A DNA stretch of 64,000 nucleotides from an uncultured archaeon. Lineage in GTDB: Archaea; Thermoproteota; Bathyarchaeia; Bathyarchaeales; Bathycorpusculaceae. The DNA is taken from positions 5,841-69,840 of the forward strand of contig CAWDBI010000013.1 in assembly GCA_963800605.1 (NCBI GenBank). Direction: 5' to 3'. This document shows, piece after piece, positions 32,160 to 42,193 of this stretch. The notes under the pieces were generated by a model. That model worked only from the letters and a program-made list of their open reading frames with translations. It was not told the origin of the DNA and searched no databases. How positions within the stretch are numbered: the first letter of the stretch is position 1; each line of letters opens with the position of its first letter. A program made the position numbers and the translations under genes.

Positions 32160-33335
32160 CTACTGTTTAATTACTGAACGGTAAATCTGCGACATCTTAG
32201 GTGCAACAGCTCGTATGTCATAGCCCTGCACAGTTTGAGCGCCGTTAAATGCAATGTTTTCTCTGAGTGATCTATCCTCTATGGCACGTATTAGTTTGGC
32301 TGCTAAATCATCGACGTTGTCTGGTTCAAAAAGAAGTCCGCTGAATTCGTCGCTTATGGTTTCTTTTAATACTCCAAATTTAGGTGCCACAACTGCAAGT
32401 CCAGAAGCCCAAGCCTCCAAGGTTGCAATGTAGCCGAAGTTTGTGGCGACGAAAACGTCGCTTTGCCAGAGGTATTTTCTGACGTCGGTTTGTTTACCAG
32501 TCATGGTTACGGCGGCGTCAAGTTTGAGCTCGGATATCATCTGTTTGAGTGTTTCAAACATTCGTCCGTAGCCAACGATGGTTAATTTAGCGTTGGGTAA
32601 TTGGTCGTGGACTTTTTTGAAGGCTTTAACGACTAAGTCTGGGGTCTGTACCGGTTCGAGCCGACCCACATAGATAACGGTGACATCGTGGGGGAGTGCT
32701 GCGGTTGGGTTTTTGAAGTGGGGCGTATCGACAAAGTTGGTTACGAGATGACTTTTTTCGCCTAACCCCAATTTCTGCAGTGTGCCCAAAACCTCTTTGG
32801 AATAAGTTGTGATTGCAGCGACGTCATCCTTAAGAATACTACGCACAACTGGTGACTCGAGTGGCATGCCGCCATGCATTGGGTCCCCAACGTAGCCTCC
32901 GTGCAACGTAACAACCAGTGGCTTCCCAAAATGGCGACTTAGATAAATTCCAAGATTGATGTATTCTAGGTCTCTCCATATGCCATGGATGTGGAAGGCG
33001 TCGGCGGTTTTGGCCACTTTCCAGTTTGCGGCTTCAGCATATAGGGTTGCAAACTTCACTTTGTCTACAAGTTTAGGTGTTGAGCCTAAAGTGTAAATGC
33101 AGAAGCCGTTGATTAGGTCAACTGCGTTTGGTCCAAGGCGATAAACTTTGATGAATCCTGCGTCTTCATATTTTTTTATGTTTTTTGTTAAAAGGAGTAT
33201 TTTGGTTCGTCCTGTGATAAGTGAGAAGTCGACGCCTTCTTTTTTTGCTAGGTAATTGGTTAGCCATAGGATGTAGCGTTCTAAGCCGCCGATTTCTATA
33301 GGCCAGAATCGTTCCCAGACGTGACAGACATGCAA
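32160..33335 (-). CDS. GT4 glycosyltransferase
   Basis: IGGLERY, YVGRLEP, LEAWASGLAVV, GLLFEPDN. Confidence 0.9.
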   Translation of the reverse strand: MHVCHVWERFWPIEIGGLERYILWLTNYLAKKEGVDFSLITGRTKILLLTKNIKKYEDAGFIKVYRLGPNAVDLINGFCIYTLGSTPKLVDKVKFATLYAEAANWKVAKTADAFHIHGIWRDLEYINLGIYLSRHFGKPLVVTLHGGYVGDPMHGGMPLESPVVRSILKDDVAAITTYSKEVLGTLQKLGLGEKSHLVTNFVDTPHFKNPTAALPHDVTVIYVGRLEPVQTPDLVVKAFKKVHDQLPNAKLTIVGYGRMFETLKQMISELKLDAAVTMTGKQTDVRKYLWQSDVFVATNFGYIATLEAWASGLAVVAPKFGVLKETISDEFSGLLFEPDNVDDLAAKLIRAIEDRSLRENIAFNGAQTVQGYDIRAVAPKMSQIYRSVIKQ

Positions 33336-33422
33336 AAATTTAATACCTCAAAAAATGGTTATGCGACCCAAGCGATGTTCTTAGACTAATCATAGCTTTT
33401 TAACAAACTCAATTTCAATCCC

Positions 33423-34544
33423 TTAAGATCTCCCAAAATACTCATTGAAATAATCCATGAAATGTTCAGAGAACCCCTGAAGTGAAAACTTGGATGCAAT
33501 CGCTATGTTTTCGTCACATTTATTGGGTGACCAATCAGCGATTTCAGAGGTGACTTTTTGTGCTGCCTGCTGAATTGAAGTATAGCGGTTTTTTATTGGA
33601 ACGAATTCTCTCATGCCGCCGGAGTCATGAACTATGGGGACACAGCCTAACGCCATTGCTTCAACAATTGATATGCCGAAGTGCTCGCCCTCCATTGTGT
33701 GCAGATAAATTTTTGCTCTCTTTAGTAACTCGGTTTTTTGTCGGGCAGACGCATTAGGATAAAACTTAACTCTGTCTTCTAAGTGAGATTTCTTCACTAA
33801 TCCTTCCAGATAGGTGAGGGTGGGTTGGCTGCATAGGCGACCGATTACTGCAAACTTGATGTCCTTGCTTGTTTGGGCAGCAATTTTAGGGATGCGTTCC
33901 AAAAGTTTATTTGAATCCAACCGTGAAACTGTAACTACCAAGTTCTCGTCAGTTTTTTTGGTTGCGTCTTTGCCTAACTTAGCTATTGTGGATGGGAAGG
34001 GTGGATAGAGTACTTCAGCGGTTTTGTGTGAGTAACCTTGGATTTCTGCGGCTGTGTAGTGGCTGTTTGCTAAGATAAGCCGCTTATCGTAATCGATGAG
34101 GTTTTTTTCTAGGATGACGTGTGGAAGGGTGCCTGCTTGGTTGATGCGTGGACGGTTGAGGTATGGGAAGGTTGTGCTAAAGGCGTATCGGTTTAGGTAG
34201 GGGAAGTGGATGTAGCTGATTTGTGTCCAGGGGTAGACGCAGTTTGAGAAGGCGTCGATGAAGGTGCTGCATTTGTTTTTTGCGATGTATGAGTGGATTA
34301 TGGTTTGGTAGAAGCCGGCTAGTCCGCGAGGGCTGAAGTTTGTGGGCTGCTTTAGGGTTTGGATTTTTGGGTGGAGGGTTTCTCCGAAGTAGTTTTTGAT
34401 GGCTGTGGGGTTGATTTTGTCGCTTGAGATGAGTACAACGTTATGGTTGTTCTGGGCGAGGGTGTTGGCGATGGCGATTGCGACGAATTCTCCGCCGCCG
34501 TAAACGTTTAGGGTGGGGCAGAATACGCCGATTTTACCTGCCAT
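33423..34544 (-). CDS. GT4 glycosyltransferase, Alg11-like
   Basis: GGGEFV, YIHFP, ANSHYT, VLYPP, YLHTMEGEHFGISIVEAMALGCVPIVHDSGG. Confidence 0.85.
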   Translation of the reverse strand: MAGKIGVFCPTLNVYGGGEFVAIAIANTLAQNNHNVVLISSDKINPTAIKNYFGETLHPKIQTLKQPTNFSPRGLAGFYQTIIHSYIAKNKCSTFIDAFSNCVYPWTQISYIHFPYLNRYAFSTTFPYLNRPRINQAGTLPHVILEKNLIDYDKRLILANSHYTAAEIQGYSHKTAEVLYPPFPSTIAKLGKDATKKTDENLVVTVSRLDSNKLLERIPKIAAQTSKDIKFAVIGRLCSQPTLTYLEGLVKKSHLEDRVKFYPNASARQKTELLKRAKIYLHTMEGEHFGISIVEAMALGCVPIVHDSGGMREFVPIKNRYTSIQQAAQKVTSEIADWSPNKCDENIAIASKFSLQGFSEHFMDYFNEYFGRS

Positions 34545-34740
34545 GGATTAGTCGCCTGGGTGGATGAAAAATAAACGTTGCTATTTTAATAAAATTGAAC
34601 TCATGAGCTTGATTTTTACCTGAATTTTGTAGGGCAAATCCTTGCAAAATTGTCTTCACAAAGCGCATAACTTGAATTTTCAAGAGACTATAATAATGAT
34701 CCAGGCTAAGTAGGGTTTCAATCAGGAAGAGAGAAAAAAA

Positions 34741-36407
34741 ATGAATATACACGCATTAGCGAAGACACTGTATACCCTAAATGTTAGGAAGCGTGCAAAG
34801 CCAATCGCTGTGTGCATAACTGCACTTTTCTTAGTCAGCATGGTTTCAGCGTTTTCGGCGGGCACAGTATCTGCAGCAACACCACAAACTTCTCCGCTGC
34901 ACACCCAAGGTTCCTATATTCTTGATTCAAACGGAAACTCCGTTTATCTTCGAGGTATGGGACTTGCCGGTTTTGCACCAAACATGCTTCTTTGGGGCAA
35001 CGGCGGAAGCGACAACTGGGGCAACCAATGGAACCCAGATCCAGCCATTATGGATCAAACCTTCGATGCAATGAAGAACCAGTGGCACATTAACATGATC
35101 CGCGTCTTCATCTATCCAAGCTGGTACTACAGAGACAACATCGTTCCAGCACAAGAAGACCCAACGAACTACGGATCACACACAACACCGATCAGCGTAA
35201 AAAATTACTTGAAGACTCTATGTCAAGAAGCAGACAAATACGGAATCTACGTAAACATCGTACCATACATGCTAACACCATCAGCCAGTTCATTCGGAAA
35301 CGACCCATACGCAACAGGCAGCTTCGGTTGGCAAGGAATGCCAATGATGGGATGGGATGACGCAGGTACACGATTCCTAAAAGACGCAGGCTACGGAAAC
35401 AACGAACAAGGCTTCTGGAGCTGGTTCTGGACCGACATGGCAAACACCCTCAAAGACTATCCAAACGCAATCTTTGACGCATGGAACGAACCAAACGTAG
35501 GCAGCGATGTAGACATGATCCCACAAGGATTCATGACATATCTGCAAACAATGTACACCGCAATCCGCTCAACAGGCGCAACCAACCTCATCATGATGCA
35601 ATGGCACATGGGCTGGTTCCCAAACGGCTACGGTAACAGTCTAAGCTGGGTAAAACAAATCGACGATACAATTCACCCAACAAACATAGTTTACACAACA
35701 CACCTCTACTACTATGCACCAACTGACTTGACTTCATACTGGGTAACAGATTACGCAGGACTCAAAGCTCAACTACAAACAGGCATTAACAGCATGGGCA
35801 TAGTTGCTCCATTGGTTATCAATGAAGAAGGCTCATGTCTATCGTACTCTTCAAACAGACCAAGAGACGTTACCTGGTGGACAAACCTACTTCAGGCACA
35901 ACGTGACTTAAACATCGGCGCAGGCGCATACTACTGGCTTAGCGACGCAGGTTTAGGCCCAGTCTACGCGGGAGAAACAATGCTTAGCAGTGGCTACTCA
36001 CCAAACGATATGGGACAAGCCTTCATCAACGCATACAAAGCAGGTTCAACTCAAATAGAAACGCCAGCACCAACCGCAACTCCAACACCGACTGCAACTT
36101 CAAGTCCAACTCCATCACCAACACCAGTCGTTACATCATCACCGACAACAGAACCAACCGTTACCCCAACACCCGAACCAGCACCAACACCAGAGGCAAC
36201 TCCAGCGCCTACATCAGAACCACAACAACAACTTCAACACCAACACCTGCACCAACAGACTCGACAGCACCAACAGCGCCATCTGAACCATCAACACCAG
36301 GGCCAGCACCAGCACGGAACATCGATACAGTTAAAGGATTATTCTACAGACACTGGTTTGTCTTCTACTGGCCACAATACGCCTCCTGGTTCGCTTTACA
36401 CTTCTAA
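34741..36407 (+). CDS. Secreted GH5 glycoside hydrolase with a Pro/Thr linker (frameshift near 36220)
   Basis: Signal peptide, LRGMG, NMIRV, WNEP (acid/base), THLY, VINEEG (nucleophile). The corrected tail ends FYRHWFVFYWPQYASWFALHF* at 36407. Confidence 0.85.
36060..36315 (+). repeat. Low-complexity Pro/Thr-coding tract (ACA/CCA-rich)
   Basis: Degenerate ccaaca/acacca repeats encoding TPAPTATPTPT. Confidence 0.8.
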
Positions 36408-36454
36408 AATAGAAGTGCAAAAACAAGCTACCCTTTCCTTTTTTGTTTTTATCG

Positions 36455-37357
36455 TTAATTTTGTTTTAGTTGCCCCTTCATGAAACCGTAGGTCCAAGCA
36501 GTAAGCTTAAAACCATAATGCAGAGGCAGAAGAAACATTTGTTTTTGGCCCAGAAACTTGTACGCAGGAAATGAATACAATAGACCCGTAACTAAACCTG
36601 CGATGGGCGACATACGCGGTACTGAAAAAGCACCGCGTGTTTTTTGGAAGCTTCTCTGGCAACCATAACCATACCAATAGTATTTTTTCAATAATGCATA
36701 AGGGGTAGATAAGCCGCCATGCAATTCATAGAGTTCGGCGTTGTTAGCTTCAATTAACCAACCAGCTTTTTTAATTCTTAAAACTAAATCGATGTCTTCG
36801 CCTGCACCTTTGATGGTCTCATCAAAACCGTTTACTTGTCTTATTGCGGTAATCCGGAAGGTTGTTCCACCTGTGCCAATGAGTTTGTCAGTTTTCAAGA
36901 GGTAACGTTTGGGTTTACCGTAGCTTTTTTGGTTAACTATATTTGGAGCGACTTCAAGGTTGAGAATTAAGTTGCCTTGGACTGTTTTGAATACTCCCGC
37001 GGTGATGCCTACTTGGGGGTTGTTTTCCATAACTTCAACTTGGGTTTTAACGTAGTCACGTGTCAGTATTTCGTCAGCATCTACAAAGAGAAGATATTTG
37101 CCGTCTGATTTGCTTACGATGAAGTTTCGGGCGCATCCCAGTCCCTGCCAAGAGGATTTGAATGCTCTTGCTCGGCCTCCAAGCGTTTCAACATACTTTT
37201 TTAGTATTTGGGGCGTTTTGTCTGTGCTGCCGTCGTCTACCATAATCAACTGGATTTTTTCTTGGGGATAGCTTTGGTTGAGTATGCTGTCGAGGGCGTT
37301 TGGTAGCATTTTTTCGCCGTTCTTAACGCAGATACCAACGGTGACGACGACCCTCAT
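36455..37357 (-). CDS. GT2 glycosyltransferase
   Basis: VTVGICVKNG, VDDGSTD, FVDAD, GAGEDID; paralog of 37867..38811. Confidence 0.9.
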   Translation of the reverse strand: MRVVVTVGICVKNGEKMLPNALDSILNQSYPQEKIQLIMVDDGSTDKTPQILKKYVETLGGRARAFKSSWQGLGCARNFIVSKSDGKYLLFVDADEILTRDYVKTQVEVMENNPQVGITAGVFKTVQGNLILNLEVAPNIVNQKSYGKPKRYLLKTDKLIGTGGTTFRITAIRQVNGFDETIKGAGEDIDLVLRIKKAGWLIEANNAELYELHGGLSTPYALLKKYYWYGYGCQRSFQKTRGAFSVPRMSPIAGLVTGLLYSFPAYKFLGQKQMFLLPLHYGFKLTAWTYGFMKGQLKQN

Positions 37358-37384
37358 GTCATATCCTCAAAATGTAAAGGTTTA

Positions 37385-37852
37385 CTATGTTTCTACTGGT
37401 TTTAGAAATTTGACGGGTTTAGCTGGAATACCCACTGCTAAACAATTATCAGGAATGTCCTGTGTGACAACGGCGCCGGCGCCAATAACAGAGTTTTCGC
37501 CTATAGTTACGCCAGGAAGTATAGTTACGTTGATGGATATTCGGGCACCATTTTTTATTATGACTGGTTTTATGCCGCCTTCGCCTGCTTTAAAGCCCCA
37601 CAACACATTCGAGTGTGAGAGTACATAGTCGTAGCCTGCGAGAATAACGTTGTCGCCTATGGTTATATCTGGAAACATGACATCCATGAAGATATGGCTG
37701 CCAAAAACGAAGGGATCGCCGATTTTGATGCCTGCCCACTTGTACATTCTTACTCTTAGGCTCTGTGTTGGCGCGTTCATGCCCATGTAGCGGAGGGACA
37801 TTTTAAACGCTGACTGCAGCGGTTTTCTAATCTTGACACGTTGTACCTTCAA
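37385..37852 (-). CDS. Hexapeptide-repeat O-acyltransferase
   Basis: ITIGDNV, ILPGVTIGENSVIGAGAVVTQDIP, GIPAK. Confidence 0.85.
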   Translation of the reverse strand: MKVQRVKIRKPLQSAFKMSLRYMGMNAPTQSLRVRMYKWAGIKIGDPFVFGSHIFMDVMFPDITIGDNVILAGYDYVLSHSNVLWGFKAGEGGIKPVIIKNGARISINVTILPGVTIGENSVIGAGAVVTQDIPDNCLAVGIPAKPVKFLKPVET

Positions 37853-37866
37853 AAAATCCCTTCTAA

Positions 37867-38811
37867 TTAGTTGATTTTATGGCCATAGCCGCTTAGGTGG
37901 GCCTCACAGAAGCCAATGAACCATGCTATCCGCTTGTAGGTGTAATGGACTGGTAACAGGAAGAATGATTTGTTGTGTGTAAGTAAGTAGGCTCTGGGGG
38001 AACGTAGTATGCCTGCAAGTAAACCGCCGATCGGAGACATTTTTATGATATTAAGCGAGCCGGGGTCTTTATGGAAGATGTAGTGGCCGCCCCTGCCATA
38101 CCAGACGTACTGTTTCCAAAGTGACTGCCAAGATGCCCTTGTGGATTCAGTGAACATTTCCTGTGTTATAGCTAATTCCCAGCCTTTGGCGCGAACTCGA
38201 TAAGCCATCTCTGTGTCTTCCGCTGCACCATTAATCCGAGTGTCAAAGCCGCCGACACCTCTCACTGCATCAACGCGGTAGATTGCGCCTTCAGCCCCGG
38301 GTAGATACCCAAACTTGGAGGCGTTTGCACGGTTGCCATAGACTGAGTCGACGGCGTAAACGATGTTTTCGAGGTCAGCGGCTAAGCCATGGCCAATGTG
38401 GACGTTATATTTGCCACCCGCGATACCGACGTTGGGGTGCTGTTCCATGTAGGCAACTTGGTTCTCTAGGTAGTCGGGGGCGAGGACCATGTCTGCGTCT
38501 AGCCAGATGATGTATTTGCCGCTGGCTTGCTGCACAACCATCTGCCGTGCGATGCCCAACCCGCTACCCTCCTGCAGAAATCTAACCTTGCCGAGGTTGG
38601 CTTTCAGGTTGTTTTGAATTATCTGTACCGTCCCGTCATGGCTGTTGCCATCTACAACCAGTAGTTCGGTGTTTTTAGCGGGGAAAGTTTGGCGGCAAAG
38701 ACTATCAATGGCTGTTTTGACTAGGTCGGCGCCGTTTTTAACGCAAAATCCGACTGTGACCATGAGTGATTCGGATGCCAAGGAATTCAGCCCAGTTTTC
38801 GCTTTATACAA
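37867..38811 (-). CDS. GT2 glycosyltransferase
   Basis: VTVGFCVKNG, VDGNSHD, WLDAD, GAAEDTE. Confidence 0.9.
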   Translation of the reverse strand: MYKAKTGLNSLASESLMVTVGFCVKNGADLVKTAIDSLCRQTFPAKNTELLVVDGNSHDGTVQIIQNNLKANLGKVRFLQEGSGLGIARQMVVQQASGKYIIWLDADMVLAPDYLENQVAYMEQHPNVGIAGGKYNVHIGHGLAADLENIVYAVDSVYGNRANASKFGYLPGAEGAIYRVDAVRGVGGFDTRINGAAEDTEMAYRVRAKGWELAITQEMFTESTRASWQSLWKQYVWYGRGGHYIFHKDPGSLNIIKMSPIGGLLAGILRSPRAYLLTHNKSFFLLPVHYTYKRIAWFIGFCEAHLSGYGHKIN

Positions 38812-39005
38812 GGGAGGGGAGGTACTCGGTGAGAGGTTGAGGGGTTTTCAATATGGTTGCTTCATGGTAGCTACTTAATAATTCAAGAGTTTAGGAATCA
38901 TATAGAATCCTAATAGCATATATGCAGAAACCTATAGGTGGTCTATTCTCCTAAGAGTAGTTGTTATGCCGCTCCATAGAAAAATCAAAATTGCACCAAG
39001 CCAAT

Positions 39006-40175
39006 TCAGATTAGGTTTTTTTCCCGCAACACACTCTCGCTTAGCATCGCACGGGATTCAGCAGCAGGCTTCCAAAACGTAAAGTTGCGCTTGGTCAAAA
39101 ACGACGACAATGCCAATAGCAAAATCAAGTTATTCTGCACTAATTCAAAAGCCATCACACGAGTCCGCTTCACCAACAAAGCACCGCCAATCAGCACTAC
39201 TAAAGCCAACATCAACAGCGGATACACAACCATAACCGCCACCGATAAAACAGCCAACGAAACCATCAAGATCGGATTAAAGATATGCAACATTATTTCT
39301 GGAATCGCAATCCGTTTGGGCATAAATAACTTTCCATGTACCATCAGGTTGAGGCATCTTGCCCAGAGATGCTGCAGGTGACCTGCACGACGGATTTTGA
39401 TATTGACTTTACTGCGCCAAGTTGTTGGGCTACTTGTGAAGAAACCGATTTCGGGAATAAGCAGTGCTCGTCGGTTGGTTTGAACTATGTCAAGGGCTGT
39501 TCCGGAGTCGTCAGTTGCATGATTAAACTCGGAAAGCATACTGCGTTTGTATGCTGCGAAACCGCCTTGGAAAAAGATGGTTGAATGCAGCTTCGATTCG
39601 CCTATGCGAACGGATTGGATGTTGCTATCGTAGAATTGTTCCCCCAACGTAACCCAACTGTCAGCTGGGTTAAGGAGTAGCTCCCGTGCAGTTATCGCGC
39701 CTACGGTTGGATCTGACAGATACGACAGCGCTTTAGTGAGTATGTCGTTTGGCCAGAAGCAGTCCACATCAGAAATGATGACAACGTCGGCTTGGATGGT
39801 TTTTAGGACCTTGTTTAAGCAGCCGGTTTTGCCCAGATGCACTTGGCTGTCGAATACACTGATTTTTTGTTCTGGGTGAGCAGCAATGTAGCTACTTACT
39901 TCGTTAAAGGTGTTGTCTGTTGAGCAGTCGTTAGCGATGATTATCTCCATTTTTTCGGATGGATAAGCCACTTTGGCGATATTTTCAAGTTTTAATCGGA
40001 CTAACTTTTCTTCGTTATGAACTGGAATGAGGATAGCTGTTGAAGGAGAATAACCGCTGGTTAAATTGAGGTTCCAAACTTTAGAAGACCTCTTTTTCAT
40101 ATATAGGAAATATAGAGCGGGAACACCGAGAAAAATTGCTCCGACACCAAGCCAAGCAAAAAAAATCCAAATCAA
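39006..40175 (-). CDS. Membrane GT2 with flanking TMs (processive-synthase-like architecture)
   Basis: N-terminal TM, IPVHNEE, DCSTD, GKTGCLN, SDVD, TDD, KIRRAG, C-terminal TMs. Confidence 0.8.
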   Translation of the reverse strand: MIWIFFAWLGVGAIFLGVPALYFLYMKKRSSKVWNLNLTSGYSPSTAILIPVHNEEKLVRLKLENIAKVAYPSEKMEIIIANDCSTDNTFNEVSSYIAAHPEQKISVFDSQVHLGKTGCLNKVLKTIQADVVIISDVDCFWPNDILTKALSYLSDPTVGAITARELLLNPADSWVTLGEQFYDSNIQSVRIGESKLHSTIFFQGGFAAYKRSMLSEFNHATDDSGTALDIVQTNRRALLIPEIGFFTSSPTTWRSKVNIKIRRAGHLQHLWARCLNLMVHGKLFMPKRIAIPEIMLHIFNPILMVSLAVLSVAVMVVYPLLMLALVVLIGGALLVKRTRVMAFELVQNNLILLLALSSFLTKRNFTFWKPAAESRAMLSESVLREKNLI

Positions 40176-40214
40176 ACTATTCCTCGCCTAAATAACAAAA
40201 AATCATGCTAACTG

Positions 40215-41117
40215 TTACTTGGCATTGGCAAAAACTTTGAAGGTTTCAGTTGCCTGATACTCCTTAGAAACCCCAATAACCAAACCGTTGATACCATCTA
40301 AATTCGCCAAATAACCAAAGGCTTCTGCAGGCTTCAAGTACCCAGCAGCCAAAACACTCATAGCGATAACTTCAGCGCCTTTTGCACGTTCCAATGCCTC
40401 TTCGCATTCACGCTGAGAAGGACACATCTGGAAACCAATCTTGTTAAAAGAAGAAGTCAGAGTTAATTTGCTAAAGTCGATGCCCCATTCGCTAAACTTG
40501 TTAACGAGATAGGGGAAATTGCGAGTTTCAAACCCAGCTCGGACCTTCTTGTTAGCTAAGAATCGGATATATGATTTGCAGAGGCCCTCCATGTTTAGCG
40601 CCAGAGCCATGTCAGTGATTATTTCATGAAGCATAAACGATTCAAGATGCATATTGCTACCTGCTACGGATTTTATACGTGACAACTCGTAAGCTACATA
40701 TGCTTTAATCAGCGCTGAGAGATCAAACCGAACAAGACCACTAAGATTAGCGGCTATGACTTTTATATTTGAAGAAAAAATCATTTCTTTGGCTAAATTT
40801 GTCGCTAAACCGGAGACGCCGCCAGTCTGAGTGGATTTGCGCACATACTCATAAGCGTAAGGCGCAATCGCATACAACCGCACTTGTTGGCCCCTGTAGT
40901 TTTCGCTGAGGCTTTTAATTATCGATAACATTGCTTCATCTACTGAAAACATGAATCCGCCAGCACCATTCTCTAAGCTAAGTTGCACAAGATTTGCTGC
41001 TTGCAGAGTGCTACTTTGAGCTTGTCCCTCTGTTCTGGCACGTGCGCGTTCCTGAGAGAGGTGACTGATTCCATGGAAGGGGTTGTCACCGACTAGTAAA
41101 TTTAATTGTTTGCTCAT
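40215..41117 (-). CDS. Hypothetical protein, possibly aldo-keto-reductase-like TIM barrel
   Basis: LLVGDNPFHGISHLSQ, FNKIGFQM, IAMSVLAAG; overlaps the upstream oxidoreductase. Confidence 0.6.
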   Translation of the reverse strand: MSKQLNLLVGDNPFHGISHLSQERARARTEGQAQSSTLQAANLVQLSLENGAGGFMFSVDEAMLSIIKSLSENYRGQQVRLYAIAPYAYEYVRKSTQTGGVSGLATNLAKEMIFSSNIKVIAANLSGLVRFDLSALIKAYVAYELSRIKSVAGSNMHLESFMLHEIITDMALALNMEGLCKSYIRFLANKKVRAGFETRNFPYLVNKFSEWGIDFSKLTLTSSFNKIGFQMCPSQRECEEALERAKGAEVIAMSVLAAGYLKPAEAFGYLANLDGINGLVIGVSKEYQATETFKVFANAK

Positions 41118-42109
41118 TTACAAAGTCCCCTCACTTGGTCTAAGAGAAAATCAACTTTTAGTGCACTTTTGAAGTCAGATTTTGTAGGTATTCCAACAGT
41201 TATTGAATCAAGGAAATGTTTGTCTTCACGGTAATATTCTGGTCCACCTAGTAGGAAACCGACGTTGTCATCCATATCTGGACGGTACCATCGTTTAGGT
41301 TCGGCATCTCTGAGTTTCAATTTAACTTCGTCATCGTTAATGTTCAAGCTTCCCTTTGTACCGTGAATGGAGATCCCAAATTCAGGCATACGATACTCCC
41401 TTTTACGCCAGGAAACCTCAAATTTGCCCACAAGACCACCTAAACCCTCAACCCCAAAGCTAACATCATCTTCAGAGGTTGGAGCAATCCTTGAATTCAC
41501 AGTAGCAGCTATCGGCTTCAAATCGCCGAAGAGCCAAACCGACAAATCCACCACATGCGAACCCAAATCTTCCAAAACACCGCCTCGAGCCATAGAAATC
41601 GTTGAACCTTCTGGCACCTCAGCAAAATCAGAAGAAAAGGCATAAGCATCAAAGGAGGTCAAGTCGCCTAAGACTTGTTGGTTTAGCAGTGTTTTAGCTT
41701 GGTTGAAGGTTACTCCGAAGCGTTTCATGTAGCCAACCATGTTGACGCCGCCCTGTTGCTCTGATAATTTGTAGAGTTCTTCGGAGCGGCTGTAGCTTGA
41801 GGTTAAAGTTTTTTCTACGAAGACGTTTTTTGATATTTTTTGGGTGTAGATTTGTTTGATTATTGGATAATGGCTGGGTATTGGAGTCAAAACGTATATG
41901 GCGTCAAGGTCTAATTCAGCGAATTTTTCTAGGTTGTCTGTGACTAAAGCTTTTTTGAAGGGTTGCTTGGCGATTGTTCGGATTAGGCGGCTTTTGTCAC
42001 ATAAAGCTGCGACAGTTATATTTGGGAAGGTGTTGAGGAGACATGCATGCATGATGCCCATTTTGCCGAGTCCAACGACGCCGACTTTCAGTTTAGAAGT
42101 AGTTACCAT
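41114..42109 (-). CDS. Gfo/Idh/MocA oxidoreductase
   Basis: GLGKMG, TPIPSH, VFVEK, GYMKRF, GGVLEDLGSH. Confidence 0.9.
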   Translation of the reverse strand: MVTTSKLKVGVVGLGKMGIMHACLLNTFPNITVAALCDKSRLIRTIAKQPFKKALVTDNLEKFAELDLDAIYVLTPIPSHYPIIKQIYTQKISKNVFVEKTLTSSYSRSEELYKLSEQQGGVNMVGYMKRFGVTFNQAKTLLNQQVLGDLTSFDAYAFSSDFAEVPEGSTISMARGGVLEDLGSHVVDLSVWLFGDLKPIAATVNSRIAPTSEDDVSFGVEGLGGLVGKFEVSWRKREYRMPEFGISIHGTKGSLNINDDEVKLKLRDAEPKRWYRPDMDDNVGFLLGGPEYYREDKHFLDSITVGIPTKSDFKSALKVDFLLDQVRGLCK

Positions 42110-42193
42110 TTAGCCTGCTCGCTCCAAAAATAAATTTAGAAAATAATTTGGGCTAAAAATAACACCTGTTAACTTTGGTAAAAAGAGAAAAAA

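Noticed and set aside
36060-36315. Repeat tract as a possible CRISPR array or VNTR
   Set aside because: Degenerate codon-level repeats with no constant repeat-spacer structure and no cas genes.
36220-36483. Gln/His-rich low-complexity tail on the GH5
   Set aside because: It is the shifted reading of the ACA/CCA Pro/Thr linker, and it would overlap the convergent GT2.
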